This document shows, one piece after another, positions 1 to 9,141 of a stretch of DNA of 64,000 nucleotides. The notes under the pieces were generated by a model, which was not told the DNA's origin, searched no databases, and was given only the letters and a program-made list of their open reading frames with translations. This DNA is from Salinivirgaceae bacterium. GTDB lineage: Bacteria > Bacteroidota > Bacteroidia > Bacteroidales > SZUA-534. The stretch spans positions 106,982 to 170,981 of the forward strand of contig JAFXQB010000006.1 of the NCBI GenBank assembly GCA_017527435.1, read 5' to 3'. Position 1 is the stretch's first letter. Each line of letters starts with the position of its first letter. A program made the translations under genes and the position numbers.

Positions 1-443
1 ATGGCGTTATTGTTGCCATCGAAGAGATTGACGAGCAGAGCATTGTGATGGGCAAACGCATCCAAGTGTCGATTTTCATGTCGTGCTGGAATGTGCACAT
101 CAATTGGATTCCTGTGAGCGGCATAGTGAAGCAGGTGATTCATTTCGACGGCAAATTCACCCGCGCCATAACCCCGAAATCGTCCGACCTGAACGAGCAC
201 ACGGCCGTGGTTGTGAACCGCGCCAAAGGCGAGCCGGTGATGGTGAAGCAGGTGGCAGGTGCCGTTGCCCGCCGCATTCTCACTTACGTGAAAGAAGATG
301 ACCAGTGCGCCGCCGGCGACGAGATGGGATTCATCCGCTTCGGTTCGCGTGTTGACGTGCTTCTGCCGCTCGATTACGATGTCAAAGTGGCATTGGGGCA
401 GAAAGTTGTGGGCAGAAAAACCATAATCGCAGAGCAGAAATAA
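1..443 (+). CDS. psd: phosphatidylserine decarboxylase family protein, 3' portion (5' end lies outside the window)
   Basis: Frame 3 is open from the window edge to the TAA at 441-443. The translation contains GFIRFGSRVDVLLP, the G-S-[RT] proenzyme cleavage context of short Psd proteins. Confidence 0.75.
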   Translation, partial: GVIVAIEEIDEQSIVMGKRIQVSIFMSCWNVHINWIPVSGIVKQVIHFDGKFTRAITPKSSDLNEHTAVVVNRAKGEPVMVKQVAGAVARRILTYVKEDDQCAAGDEMGFIRFGSRVDVLLPLDYDVKVALGQKVVGRKTIIAEQK

Positions 444-544
444 CTGATAATCAGTAAAGAATATCACCAAAAAGCAAAATCAAGTTTGTTGGCGATGTTT
501 TTAGAAGATAACTTATATTTACACCGACTTTAAAAATTAAAATT

Positions 545-715
545 ATGGCTTACAAAATTTCAGAAGATTGCTTGGCTTGCGGCACTTGCATGAGCGAATG
601 CCCGGTTGAGGCTATTTCAGAAGGCGATATCTATGTTATCGACCCTGAAAAGTGCACAGAGTGTGGAACATGCGCAAGTGTTTGCCCGGTTGAGGCACCA
701 AAATTGGATAAATAA
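545..715 (+). CDS. 2x[4Fe-4S] ferredoxin, 56 aa (too short for the ORF track)
   Basis: Hand translation gives MAYKISEDCLACGTCMSECPVEAISEGDIYVIDPEKCTECGTCASVCPVEAPKLDK. It has two CxxCxxCxxxCP cluster motifs. ATG is at 545 and TAA at 713-715. Confidence 0.9.
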   Translation: MAYKISEDCLACGTCMSECPVEAISEGDIYVIDPEKCTECGTCASVCPVEAPKLDK

Positions 716-738
716 TCAGTTTTGGAATAGACACAAAA

Positions 739-763
739 GGCGACCGCAAGGCCGCCTTTTTTT
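739..763 (+). terminator. rho-independent terminator after the ferredoxin gene
   Basis: GGCGACC-GCAA-GGCCGCC forms a 7-bp stem with one mismatch and a GCAA loop, followed by T7 (757-763). Confidence 0.6.
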
Positions 764-882
764 GTTCCATGCCTGCTGTTCGGCACGGCAAAACGTCCGT
801 TTATGGATTTATTTCAAGAAAATGAACCATTTTCAGATGATTATGCGTAAATTAGTACTGCTAAACCATAAAACTATGGCGC

Positions 883-1734
883 ATGAAATTGAAAATGGTA
901 CATATAAGAGCATTTTCAGCATTCGTTTTAGCAACAATACCACTGCTGCTTGCGCCAGAATGTGCCGACGGACGGAACCGCCGTTTCCAGCGTTATGAAT
1001 TGCAATTAGGTGTCGGGCTCGACAATTTCATGGGCGACGTCTGCTCACCGCGAAATGCCGATTTGCCGGCATGGGTAATTCCACAGACGATAGGCGTTGT
1101 GGGGAATATTGGCATGAAATACAACCTGCCCCGTCGCGACGAGTGCAACTGTCTGCTTTCGAGCACTCAAAGCATCGGCGGCTCGCTATTTTTCGGTCAG
1201 CTCAAAGCCGAAGAAGTCGAGAAAAATATCGACAAGTTCTACTATCGAAACGGCATAGGTTTCAACACGTTTTTTGTTGAGCTATCGTTGCGCTACGAGT
1301 GGTATTTCATAAAGGAAAAACAGCGGCGGTTTGTTTACAAAAAAGTAGGCCGCCCGACGCTGAAGCGCCCCACCATTGCACCTTCGTACCTGTTTGTGGG
1401 CGCCGGCGGATTGTTAAACACGGGCCGTTTCTTTTGGGATAGCAAAGACGGACACCAGAGCGAACGGTACACAAACATCGCCCCTGTGCTGATAGGTGGT
1501 ATCGGTACCAAGCTGCGCATCAACCGCGGCATCAGCTTTGGGTTGGAAGCAGGTTTGCGGTTGGCCATCAATGACAACATCGACAACTGCGACGGCAACG
1601 TTGAGCGGACAGAGACCAAACCGTGGATTTTCGGCAAATGGTACGACCAGTATCAGTTCATCACGGCCAGCTTCACATTTAAGATACGCGAGAAGAAGAA
1701 CGGTTGGCCCGATTTCAGGTCGATTGGAAGGTAG
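883..1734 (+). CDS. putative outer-membrane beta-barrel protein (possibly DUF6089-like)
   Basis: It has an N-terminal signal-like segment (AFSAFVLATIPLLLA), a YELQLGVGLDNFMGDV motif, and alternating hydrophobic strands. The family name is from memory only. Confidence 0.55.
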   Translation: MKLKMVHIRAFSAFVLATIPLLLAPECADGRNRRFQRYELQLGVGLDNFMGDVCSPRNADLPAWVIPQTIGVVGNIGMKYNLPRRDECNCLLSSTQSIGGSLFFGQLKAEEVEKNIDKFYYRNGIGFNTFFVELSLRYEWYFIKEKQRRFVYKKVGRPTLKRPTIAPSYLFVGAGGLLNTGRFFWDSKDGHQSERYTNIAPVLIGGIGTKLRINRGISFGLEAGLRLAINDNIDNCDGNVERTETKPWIFGKWYDQYQFITASFTFKIREKKNGWPDFRSIGR

Positions 1735-1739
1735 CATGT

Positions 1740-3818
1740 TTATCGCAAACGGCAGATATAGGCACCTTGCCGCCTGACGCAGTGGATACGGCAACCGGCA
1801 AACCAGCGTTCCCATTCTTTAGCCACCCAAGGCTTCACGGTGCCGTCGATAATCACATTCCGGAACTTCAGGTTGCGCGGCATCTGCCTGACACGGATTC
1901 CGGGTGCACTGCTGACAATCAGAAAATCGAGCGTGTCGGCCTGTTTGATTTTGAACGGGACGGTTTTGTCGCCAACAACCATTCCGCACACGCTGTCGAA
2001 CACAAAAAATCCGTTGCGAGCCATAACCCGTTCGCCAGAGTTGTCGGGTGCAACAATTCCCGAACGGTTTGATTTCCAGAAGATATTCGCGCCTTTCACC
2101 ATCAGTCCGGCCTGCCGGCTGTCGCCGATGCTGTCTTTAAGCCAAAAAGAACGGTTGCCTTCAACAAACTGCACCATGGCGTTGCGTGGCGAGTACCAGA
2201 CGCACAGAGCGTGTGCTGTGCTGTTTTGCAGAGCCTTCAGACTGAATGGCGTGATGTAGACCAGCAGTGCTGCCAGCGAACCCATCAGCCAGTTGCAGCG
2301 GCGCGTTTTGAGCCACACCAGCAACCCGACAATCACACCAGCCACCGCCAGCGACTGATAAACCGATATGTAGCTGTTCTCGATGGTTGAGCCCGGCAGA
2401 TTGGCGATGATGGTAACCCAGTGGTTCATCGATTTGGCAACCCACGAAGTGGCAACACCAACCCATTTGGCTGCCACACCGATGGGCGACACCGCAAGCA
2501 GCAGCATGGTCAGGCCAATCATCACGGCAGCACCCGGTGACACAATAATGTTCGACAGCCAGAAATAGACCGGCGTGCGTTCGAAGTAATAAAGGCAAAA
2601 CGGAAGGGTGGCAATCTGTGCGGCCACCGACACCGCCGTCAGTTCCCACAGGTAGCGCAAAACGCGCCGTTTGTGGTTGATTTTGATGAGCCTGACAATG
2701 CGTGGCTGAAGTGTCACAATGCCCACCACCGCCGCATACGAGAGTTGGAATCCGGCCTTGAAGAGCATATCAGGGTTGATGGCGAGCAGCAGAAAGGCCG
2801 ATGCCGCAAGCGTGTTGTAAATTGACATTTCGCGCCTGATAAGCCGCCCCAGCTCAACAAAAGTGAACATCACCGTAGCCCGCAGCACCGAAGGCGACAA
2901 CCCCGTGATGAACGCGTAAGTCCAAAGCAGCAGAATGATGAGCACGCGCTTTAGGCGGAACGCCAGATTGCCGCCCAGCGCCATCATCAGCAGTTCGAGC
3001 ACGGCGCAGACAATGCCCACATGCATTCCCGATACTGCCAGAACGTGCATGGCGCCGGCGTTCATATATGATTGCTTGACTTCGGCGTCGATGCTGCTTT
3101 TGTAGCCCAGCACAAGCGTCGATGCAAGGCCGAGTTCGTTGCCTTCCAGTCCGGCTTTCTCGAGCAGCCCCACAAGTGTTTGGCGGGCGTTGAGAGCCCG
3201 CTGCTTCAGTCCGTGCACACTGCCGTCGACCAGTTTCCATTCGCCCGGATTGAGAAAAATACTACCCTGCACGCCGTTCAGTTGCAGATACTGCGAGTAG
3301 TCGAAGCCAAACGGATTTTTGGGCATGTCGAGCGAGTCGATTCTCGACGAGAATTCAATTGTCTGACCAGCCTTCAGACAAGTTGCGGCGCTGTCTTTCA
3401 TTATGGTTGCCACAATTTTGGCATCAAACTCACGCCAGGCGTCAAGAATGTTGACAGCTTCGATTTTAAGGTCGGCTTTAAGGGCTTTTCCGCCGTCGGC
3501 AGGGTGATTTGTCACGCTTGCGCGATAAAGGCATTTGTGTCTGCCTGCTTCGTGCGGAACTGATGGCTTGTCGGCCAGCTGCGCTGTTGTAAACCCCATT
3601 GCACCAATTGTTGCAAAGAGCGCCAGTCCCGGCAACCAACCTAAACGCATTGAAAGATGTTTCCTGTAAAGGAAAACGGCCGTCGCCAACAGTAGGCACA
3701 TAAGGATAACACACACAATGTCAATGGCATGCGTGTAGTATTGAGCAATAATACCCAAAGCATAAGGGATAACAATCCTTACGAATGGATTTTTGTCAAG
3801 AAATCCATTTATGCCCAT
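1740..3818 (-). CDS. comEC: ComEC/Rec2 family DNA internalization channel protein
   Basis: The 692-aa polytopic protein has a core containing VLAVSGMHVGIV (the ComEC SG-x-H motif) and many TM helices. The C-terminal ~170 aa shows no HxHxDH metallo-beta-lactamase motif. Confidence 0.85.
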   Translation of the reverse strand: MGINGFLDKNPFVRIVIPYALGIIAQYYTHAIDIVCVILMCLLLATAVFLYRKHLSMRLGWLPGLALFATIGAMGFTTAQLADKPSVPHEAGRHKCLYRASVTNHPADGGKALKADLKIEAVNILDAWREFDAKIVATIMKDSAATCLKAGQTIEFSSRIDSLDMPKNPFGFDYSQYLQLNGVQGSIFLNPGEWKLVDGSVHGLKQRALNARQTLVGLLEKAGLEGNELGLASTLVLGYKSSIDAEVKQSYMNAGAMHVLAVSGMHVGIVCAVLELLMMALGGNLAFRLKRVLIILLLWTYAFITGLSPSVLRATVMFTFVELGRLIRREMSIYNTLAASAFLLLAINPDMLFKAGFQLSYAAVVGIVTLQPRIVRLIKINHKRRVLRYLWELTAVSVAAQIATLPFCLYYFERTPVYFWLSNIIVSPGAAVMIGLTMLLLAVSPIGVAAKWVGVATSWVAKSMNHWVTIIANLPGSTIENSYISVYQSLAVAGVIVGLLVWLKTRRCNWLMGSLAALLVYITPFSLKALQNSTAHALCVWYSPRNAMVQFVEGNRSFWLKDSIGDSRQAGLMVKGANIFWKSNRSGIVAPDNSGERVMARNGFFVFDSVCGMVVGDKTVPFKIKQADTLDFLIVSSAPGIRVRQMPRNLKFRNVIIDGTVKPWVAKEWERWFAGCRIHCVRRQGAYICRLR

Positions 3819-3942
3819 GATAATTTGTCCCGATTCGTTGTAATCGAAACAATATTAAGCAATTAGAAACGAAAATGCAAATTTCTGTGATGGATTTTTA
3901 CGAATGCGGCCTAAAACCTTTAAAACCCACACCCTTTTTCCG

Positions 3943-6018
3943 TCAAAACTTCCACCTTACCTGAAACTTGAATTCGGTGCGGTGGTTGGCGTCAATCATA
4001 TTGGGCGGGGTTCCGATTGTTTGCTTGTCGGCGTACCAGGTGCGCGACGCCTTTGCCCAAATGGTCAGGTTTTTGGCGGGCGACCACGACGCGAGCAGGT
4101 AGGTGCGGGTACCGCGGCCGTACACCATCGGTATTGAGTAGGCGTAGAGCACATCGCTCTCGTAGGCGTAAATGCGCGAGTTATAGGTGGTTTCGAAGAT
4201 GGCGTAACGCACCGCCAGGTTCAGCGGAAACCGGAACGGCGTGCAGGCCACGTCCTGATAGAGCATACAGCCCGTTTCGGTGGCGTCGTCGCCGTTTTTG
4301 TAGCCCGACAATTCGATGCGGCTCTTGAGCGTCCAGCGCTGATTTACAGCATAATTCAGATGGTAGCGCACCGTCCAGCGCGAAAGGTCGGCAAGCGGTT
4401 GGATTTTGCCGCCATCGACAGTGCCTTGCGTTTGGGTGGTTTCGTATTTAACCTTCCAAACCATTGATGTTGAGCGGTTTGCCGCAAATTCGACTTGAGC
4501 CAGAAAATCGTTGCCGCGCGATGGTGCGTTTAGTCCGTATTTTATCCACGAGAAGCGGTAGATGTCGTAGTAAGCCGATAATTTCCAACGTTTTATGGGT
4601 GTGGCTTCGATGCCGAAAAAGAATCCTTCTTCGTTCTGCGTCTTTCCGCCTTCGGCAAAACCGCCTGCGTATTGTGCCTGATAATCACGGCTGTAGTTGC
4701 GGTAGAGCACCGATGCCCGAAGTCCCGGCGCAAGGCTCATCAGCGAGCCCACAACCGCCGCGCGCCCGCCGTTGGCCGACATCGCGTACTCGCCAAACAA
4801 ATAGAGCGCGCTGAACGAATACTGCGCGTCGATGCTGACATTCAGATTCTTACGACCGTCGAAATCGAACTTGTAGAGCGGTGTCTCGCGTTTCACAAAA
4901 GCCTTGTCGTACTGATAGCCCAACCCGGTTGCCCCGATTCGCAGATTGTTGCGGTTGAAATTGATGTTGGCGCCCCAAACGCTCTCTGTCACAACATCTT
5001 CCTTCTCAATCTGCTTTGGTGTGGCGTGCAGCCCAACGGTGCCGAACGATGTGAATCCGGCTTCTTCCGACGCGGCCGTGTCCTGACTTGCGAGCGTGGC
5101 GTCAATCTTCTTGTGCGAGCCGAAAACGGTGGCCCTGAACTGCCCGAATTTGAGCGTGGTGGCCACACCGCGGTAGAAAAGGTTCTCGTCGGCCGATGAG
5201 TATTTGCGGATGCCCGCGCCCTTTTTGCGGATGTCCATCACAAAGGCCGATTTGCCCGTCGACATACCCGACCACGCAACCAATCCCTGACCGAATTTTG
5301 CCTGAAAATCGCCCACAATCAGCGTCTCGACGGGGCCAATGTCGTGAATGGCGGCGTAGGCCGAATAGAAATCGAAGCCGTGGCGCTGATGTCCGCGGAA
5401 AAACTGTTCGCCCGGGTCTTTCTCGGCCGTGATGCCGGCCATCAGTTGGCGGTTGAAGTTGAACGAGTAGCGGCTGAAAATCTTCGCGCGGTTGCCCGGA
5501 TAGTGTTTTTCAGGCTCGGCAATACGCACTGAATCAGGCACATCGGCAAAACCATCCTGCTCTTCGCCAACGAGCGACACACGGCTGAAAAGTTCGTTGC
5601 GCCCGTACTTGACGGCGCGTTTCAGACTGAATTTCGATTCATCGCCCGCATCGGCCACCCTGACAAACGGCAGAAGGCGGAAAATATCGGTTTGGTCGAA
5701 GCCGTCAACCATCGCCAACTCGTAGAGAGTGAGCATCGGGCCGTTGCGCCGCACATAGTCGGTAAGGCTTGCAATCTGAAACTCGTTCAGAAAATGCAGC
5801 TTGGCAAGGTCTTCGGCCGTGGCCGTATTCAGGTTGATGGGGTTTTGCAAGAAATATTCCAAATCTTCGGCAATCTGCTCAATATCAGCATCTTCTTCGA
5901 GTTCTTCCGACAGATTTTCCATCAAAGTCTCAACCGTCTGCCGCCCGTCGCCGTCGGTTTGGGCATAAAGCCCGACGGCTGCAAGAAGAAACATCGATGT
6001 AAGAACAAACCGAAGCAT
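3943..6018 (-). CDS. secreted helix-hairpin-helix (ComEA-like) domain protein fused to a probable outer-membrane beta-barrel
   Basis: The signal peptide is MLRFVLTSMFLLAAVGLYAQ. The segment INLNTATAEDLAKL...LTDYVRRNGPMLTLYELAMVDGF matches the ComEA HhH pattern. About 550 aa of beta-strand-like sequence follow, ending in FKFQVRWKF (aromatic C-terminus typical of OMPs). The ATG at 6018 overlaps the upstream stop (TGATG); the ORF-track start at 6021 is a TTG. Confidence 0.7.
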   Translation of the reverse strand: MLRFVLTSMFLLAAVGLYAQTDGDGRQTVETLMENLSEELEEDADIEQIAEDLEYFLQNPINLNTATAEDLAKLHFLNEFQIASLTDYVRRNGPMLTLYELAMVDGFDQTDIFRLLPFVRVADAGDESKFSLKRAVKYGRNELFSRVSLVGEEQDGFADVPDSVRIAEPEKHYPGNRAKIFSRYSFNFNRQLMAGITAEKDPGEQFFRGHQRHGFDFYSAYAAIHDIGPVETLIVGDFQAKFGQGLVAWSGMSTGKSAFVMDIRKKGAGIRKYSSADENLFYRGVATTLKFGQFRATVFGSHKKIDATLASQDTAASEEAGFTSFGTVGLHATPKQIEKEDVVTESVWGANINFNRNNLRIGATGLGYQYDKAFVKRETPLYKFDFDGRKNLNVSIDAQYSFSALYLFGEYAMSANGGRAAVVGSLMSLAPGLRASVLYRNYSRDYQAQYAGGFAEGGKTQNEEGFFFGIEATPIKRWKLSAYYDIYRFSWIKYGLNAPSRGNDFLAQVEFAANRSTSMVWKVKYETTQTQGTVDGGKIQPLADLSRWTVRYHLNYAVNQRWTLKSRIELSGYKNGDDATETGCMLYQDVACTPFRFPLNLAVRYAIFETTYNSRIYAYESDVLYAYSIPMVYGRGTRTYLLASWSPAKNLTIWAKASRTWYADKQTIGTPPNMIDANHRTEFKFQVRWKF

Positions 6019-6887
6019 CAAATGAAGATTTTCTTATTGATTATCAATGATATGATATTCAGAACTATGAGACTCGCAAGGCAGGTCATTGCCGAAATGG
6101 CGACCGCCAACGTGAAAATTCCGGTTGTGAGACTTGTCCATCGGCCCACAGCCGTGCCAATCACCATCGCATCGACATTCAAAAGAATCAATATAATATT
6201 GACTATCAGTAGAATGATAATGATTGCGAGCAGCCCCGATCCCAAGCCTTTAAGGTCGGGCGGGCTCAATTCCATATGCGCCGAAATGCAGATGGCAAGG
6301 TAGAGAAACACCCAAAACTGCCATTGGTGCAAGTGGCCGCTGGTGAAAAGCGCGTGAATCATATCGGACGATGAAGCGAAAACGCTCACCATCAGCGACA
6401 TAAATCCCGACAGCGATGTAAAACTTGCCGGCGAGCCGTGAAGCGCGGTTAGCAGCGCTTGATTATTTGGCAGCAAAAATCTGACTAACAGATAGATAAT
6501 CAGCGAGCCGAACAAAATCGGCCCTAAAGCGATGAAGAAATTGCCGATTTGCGACCACGGGTTACGCGGGTTGTAGGCGTGGTTAACGTAGCCCAAAGTA
6601 CCGTCTTCGCCGTTGGGCGAGTAGAGTTTTATCTCTGTGATTCGGTGCAGAAACGGGATGCAGAGCAGGGCGTGCCCCAACTCGTGCACCGGCGTGCCTA
6701 TCCAACCGGTGAAGTAGATGTCGGATTTTTCGCCCAAAATGTTGACGAAAAGCCGCCGCGTGTATCGCGCTAACAGATAGAGTATCAGCCCGAAAACAAA
6801 AAACACCCCGAAAATTGAGAGCAGTTGGAAAAGGGTGGTCAGCAACACTTTCCCGACGAAAGGCCAAAACTCAAACAACGCGCTCAT
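6018..6887 (-). CDS. polytopic membrane protein with an HExxH zincin motif (DUF3267-like putative peptidase)
   Basis: The 289-aa protein has multiple hydrophobic helices and a GTPVHELGHALL motif. Its start overlaps the upstream stop as ATGA. Confidence 0.6.
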   Translation of the reverse strand: MSALFEFWPFVGKVLLTTLFQLLSIFGVFFVFGLILYLLARYTRRLFVNILGEKSDIYFTGWIGTPVHELGHALLCIPFLHRITEIKLYSPNGEDGTLGYVNHAYNPRNPWSQIGNFFIALGPILFGSLIIYLLVRFLLPNNQALLTALHGSPASFTSLSGFMSLMVSVFASSSDMIHALFTSGHLHQWQFWVFLYLAICISAHMELSPPDLKGLGSGLLAIIIILLIVNIILILLNVDAMVIGTAVGRWTSLTTGIFTLAVAISAMTCLASLIVLNIISLIINKKIFI

Positions 6888-7684
6888 AATGAGTATTTTA
6901 ATGAAACTTGTGTTGACATTGGCAGGTACTGGTGCGTCGAGAACGCGAAGTCGAACGTCAAGCCTTTGAAGGTGTAGCCCGCGCCAAAGCAGAACTCATT
7001 CGGCTTTGAACGGAATCCGGTACGCAGGTATAAATTGCTGATTATCTGATATTCAAGACCGACTTTGTAGCGCAAGTCGGTCTGCATTGTCTTTTCAACT
7101 TCGGCGGCAAGCTGCACAATGTTCGAGAAGAAGTAGCTCGCGCCCAACCGGAACGATGTGTTGACGCGTTCGTCTTCATATTCAGCCATTTTGGCCTTTG
7201 TGGGGTTGTAGATGTGGGCGCCAATCTGCAGGTTGGTAATGGGTTTGGCAATCAAGCCCACTTCAAACAGAAAAACGCCGTTTTTGCCATAGGCCGACGG
7301 TTGGTTGATGTTGAGATAGTCGAACTGCAGGCCGGCTGACACCCGCTCGCCAAACGTGCGCGCGTAGGCCAAGCCGAAGCTGTTTTCGGAATATTGCGAA
7401 TAGCCGAACCTATTGAAACTCAAGGCAAAATTGCCCGTGCGTGTGTGAAGCGCGGCCGCCGCCGATTTGGTGCTTGTCTCGGCCAATTGGAAACGGTTTT
7501 GGTAGTTGATGCCGACGGCAAAACGCTGCAAATCAGCCAATCCCGCCTGGTTGTTGTTCACCGACCAAAGTCCGCTCTGCATAACCGAAGCGTTGGCCAT
7601 TGCTTCAAAATTGCCGTCCTGTGCGCCCGCTGAAGCCGCCACAATCAGCAATACCGCAAGAATTATGAATCTGTGTTTTGTCAC
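6884..7684 (-). CDS. putative outer-membrane beta-barrel protein
   Basis: A GTG start at 7684 gives a canonical signal peptide (M)TKHRFIILAVLLIVAASAGAQD. The body has alternating beta-strand patterns and ends in VSLKYSL. The ORF track extends it to the ATG at 7777, which adds 31 aa ahead of the signal peptide and looks less likely. Confidence 0.55.
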   Translation of the reverse strand: MTKHRFIILAVLLIVAASAGAQDGNFEAMANASVMQSGLWSVNNNQAGLADLQRFAVGINYQNRFQLAETSTKSAAAALHTRTGNFALSFNRFGYSQYSENSFGLAYARTFGERVSAGLQFDYLNINQPSAYGKNGVFLFEVGLIAKPITNLQIGAHIYNPTKAKMAEYEDERVNTSFRLGASYFFSNIVQLAAEVEKTMQTDLRYKVGLEYQIISNLYLRTGFRSKPNEFCFGAGYTFKGLTFDFAFSTHQYLPMSTQVSLKYSL

Positions 7685-7723
7685 AATAGTGTGATTTTGT
7701 TGTTGCAAGATACAAATGATTAA

Positions 7724-7775
7724 CGCAAACGCAAACGGAAAATCGAAAACCTGAACACAAACGGAAACGGAAAAC
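7724..7775. repeat. two copies of a 20-nt direct repeat (17/20 identical, 32-nt period) in the divergent control region
   Basis: CGCAAACGCAAACGGAAAAT lies at 7724-7743 and CACAAACGGAAACGGAAAAC at 7756-7775. On the minus strand they read TTTTCCGTTT[CG]CGTTTG. Confidence 0.7.
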
Positions 7776-7865
7776 ACGAACCAATTGTTCTGCAGAGCGA
7801 TGTTTCAGCCATTTTCGCGAAAAACGATTCACCAAAAACCTTTCTAATTAAATCGGTCAGAAACT

Positions 7866-7873
7866 TATCTTTG
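7866..7873 (+). promoter_or_regulatory. Bacteroidota sigma-A '-7' box TATCTTTG
   Basis: A perfect TAnnTTTG lies 18 nt upstream of the ATG at 7892. Confidence 0.4.
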
Positions 7874-7891
7874 CAGTCACAACAAAAAGCG

Positions 7892-9130
7892 ATGATTAAA
7901 AACTGCATAAAACAAGTTTGGCCGATGCTTGCGGCAGCGGCGGCAATGGTGGTTGTGTGCCACATTGAATGCCGGCAGAACCGCGCGGAACCGGCGGAAC
8001 CGGCCGTTGTTGAGCAGCCGCAGAGAGCCACAAAGTTCACTTATACCGATGAGCAGATTGCAGCCATCGATACGCTGATTGGCAAGCTCTGCCAAAACGG
8101 CAACTTCAGCGGCGCGGTGCTTGTAGGGCAGAAAGACAGCATTTTGTATGGGCGCTGCTGCGGATTGGCCAATATTCGCACGAAAGAGCCGATTACCGAC
8201 ACCACGGCGTTTCAGCTGGCGTCTGTCTCAAAACAGTTCACAGCCGTGGCCATCCTGCAGCTCTACGAGCGCGGCCGCCTGCGTCTGCCCGACAGTGCTG
8301 CCAAGTACCTGCCGGGCTTTCCTTATCCCGATATTACCATCCACCAGTTGCTGGTGCACCGCTCGGGACTGCCGAACTACCACTATCTGTGCGACCGGAA
8401 GAAGATGCTTGACGACCCTTATTTCAGCAACCAACAGATTGTGTCCGAACTGATTGAAGCCAATGCCGGGCGTTATTATTTGCCAAACCGCCGATTCCAG
8501 TACAGCAACACGGGCTATGCCGTTTTGGCTGCAGTGGTTGAAGCCGTTTCGGGGTTGAAATTCGAGAACTATCTGGAAGAAAACATTTTCAAGCCATTGG
8601 GAATGACACATACATTCGCCTACCGCGCAATGAAAAGTGTCAGTTATCCGCCGCACGCCACCGGCTACGCACGTGGCCGCACACCTGCCGACGACAACTA
8701 TCTCGACCATTTCCTGGGCGACAAAGGCATCTATTCCACCACCGCCGACCTGTTCCGCTGGGACCAAGGGCTCTATTCGGGGAAAATCATCAATCCCGAC
8801 ACGCTGCAACTGGCCTTTCAGCCGATGGGCAAGCGCCCGAAAGCGCGTTCAAACTACGGCTACGGCTGGCGTATAGGCAAGTTTGGCAACAGCGAGATTC
8901 CAATTTACTTCCACAGCGGCTGGTGGCACGGTTTCAAGACATCGCTGGTGCGGATTCCGCAAGACAGCGCCACCATTGTCATTCTGCGGAACAACAATCG
9001 CAACGGCGTGGGAATCAACCGCATACTTGATATTCTTTATCCGTCGGAAAATGCCGCTAACGACGATTTTGAAGATGCCGACAATTCTGCTGCAGCCGAC
9101 AGCACAAGCACGTTTCAGAGTAATGAGTAA
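7892..9130 (+). CDS. serine hydrolase / class C beta-lactamase-like (penicillin-binding fold) protein
   Basis: It has an SxxK motif (ASVSKQF), a YxN motif (QYSNTGY) and an HSG triad position. The N-terminus is hydrophobic. The ORF-track TTG start at 7871 lies inside the promoter box, so I prefer the ATG at 7892. Confidence 0.8.
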   Translation: MIKNCIKQVWPMLAAAAAMVVVCHIECRQNRAEPAEPAVVEQPQRATKFTYTDEQIAAIDTLIGKLCQNGNFSGAVLVGQKDSILYGRCCGLANIRTKEPITDTTAFQLASVSKQFTAVAILQLYERGRLRLPDSAAKYLPGFPYPDITIHQLLVHRSGLPNYHYLCDRKKMLDDPYFSNQQIVSELIEANAGRYYLPNRRFQYSNTGYAVLAAVVEAVSGLKFENYLEENIFKPLGMTHTFAYRAMKSVSYPPHATGYARGRTPADDNYLDHFLGDKGIYSTTADLFRWDQGLYSGKIINPDTLQLAFQPMGKRPKARSNYGYGWRIGKFGNSEIPIYFHSGWWHGFKTSLVRIPQDSATIVILRNNNRNGVGINRILDILYPSENAANDDFEDADNSAAADSTSTFQSNE

Positions 9131-9141
9131 ATGCTGATTAA

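Noticed and set aside
606-998. A 130-aa ORF overlaps the ferredoxin 3' end, its terminator and the start of the next gene.
   Set aside because: It runs through a clear terminator hairpin and overlaps two better-supported genes. Its translation has no features.
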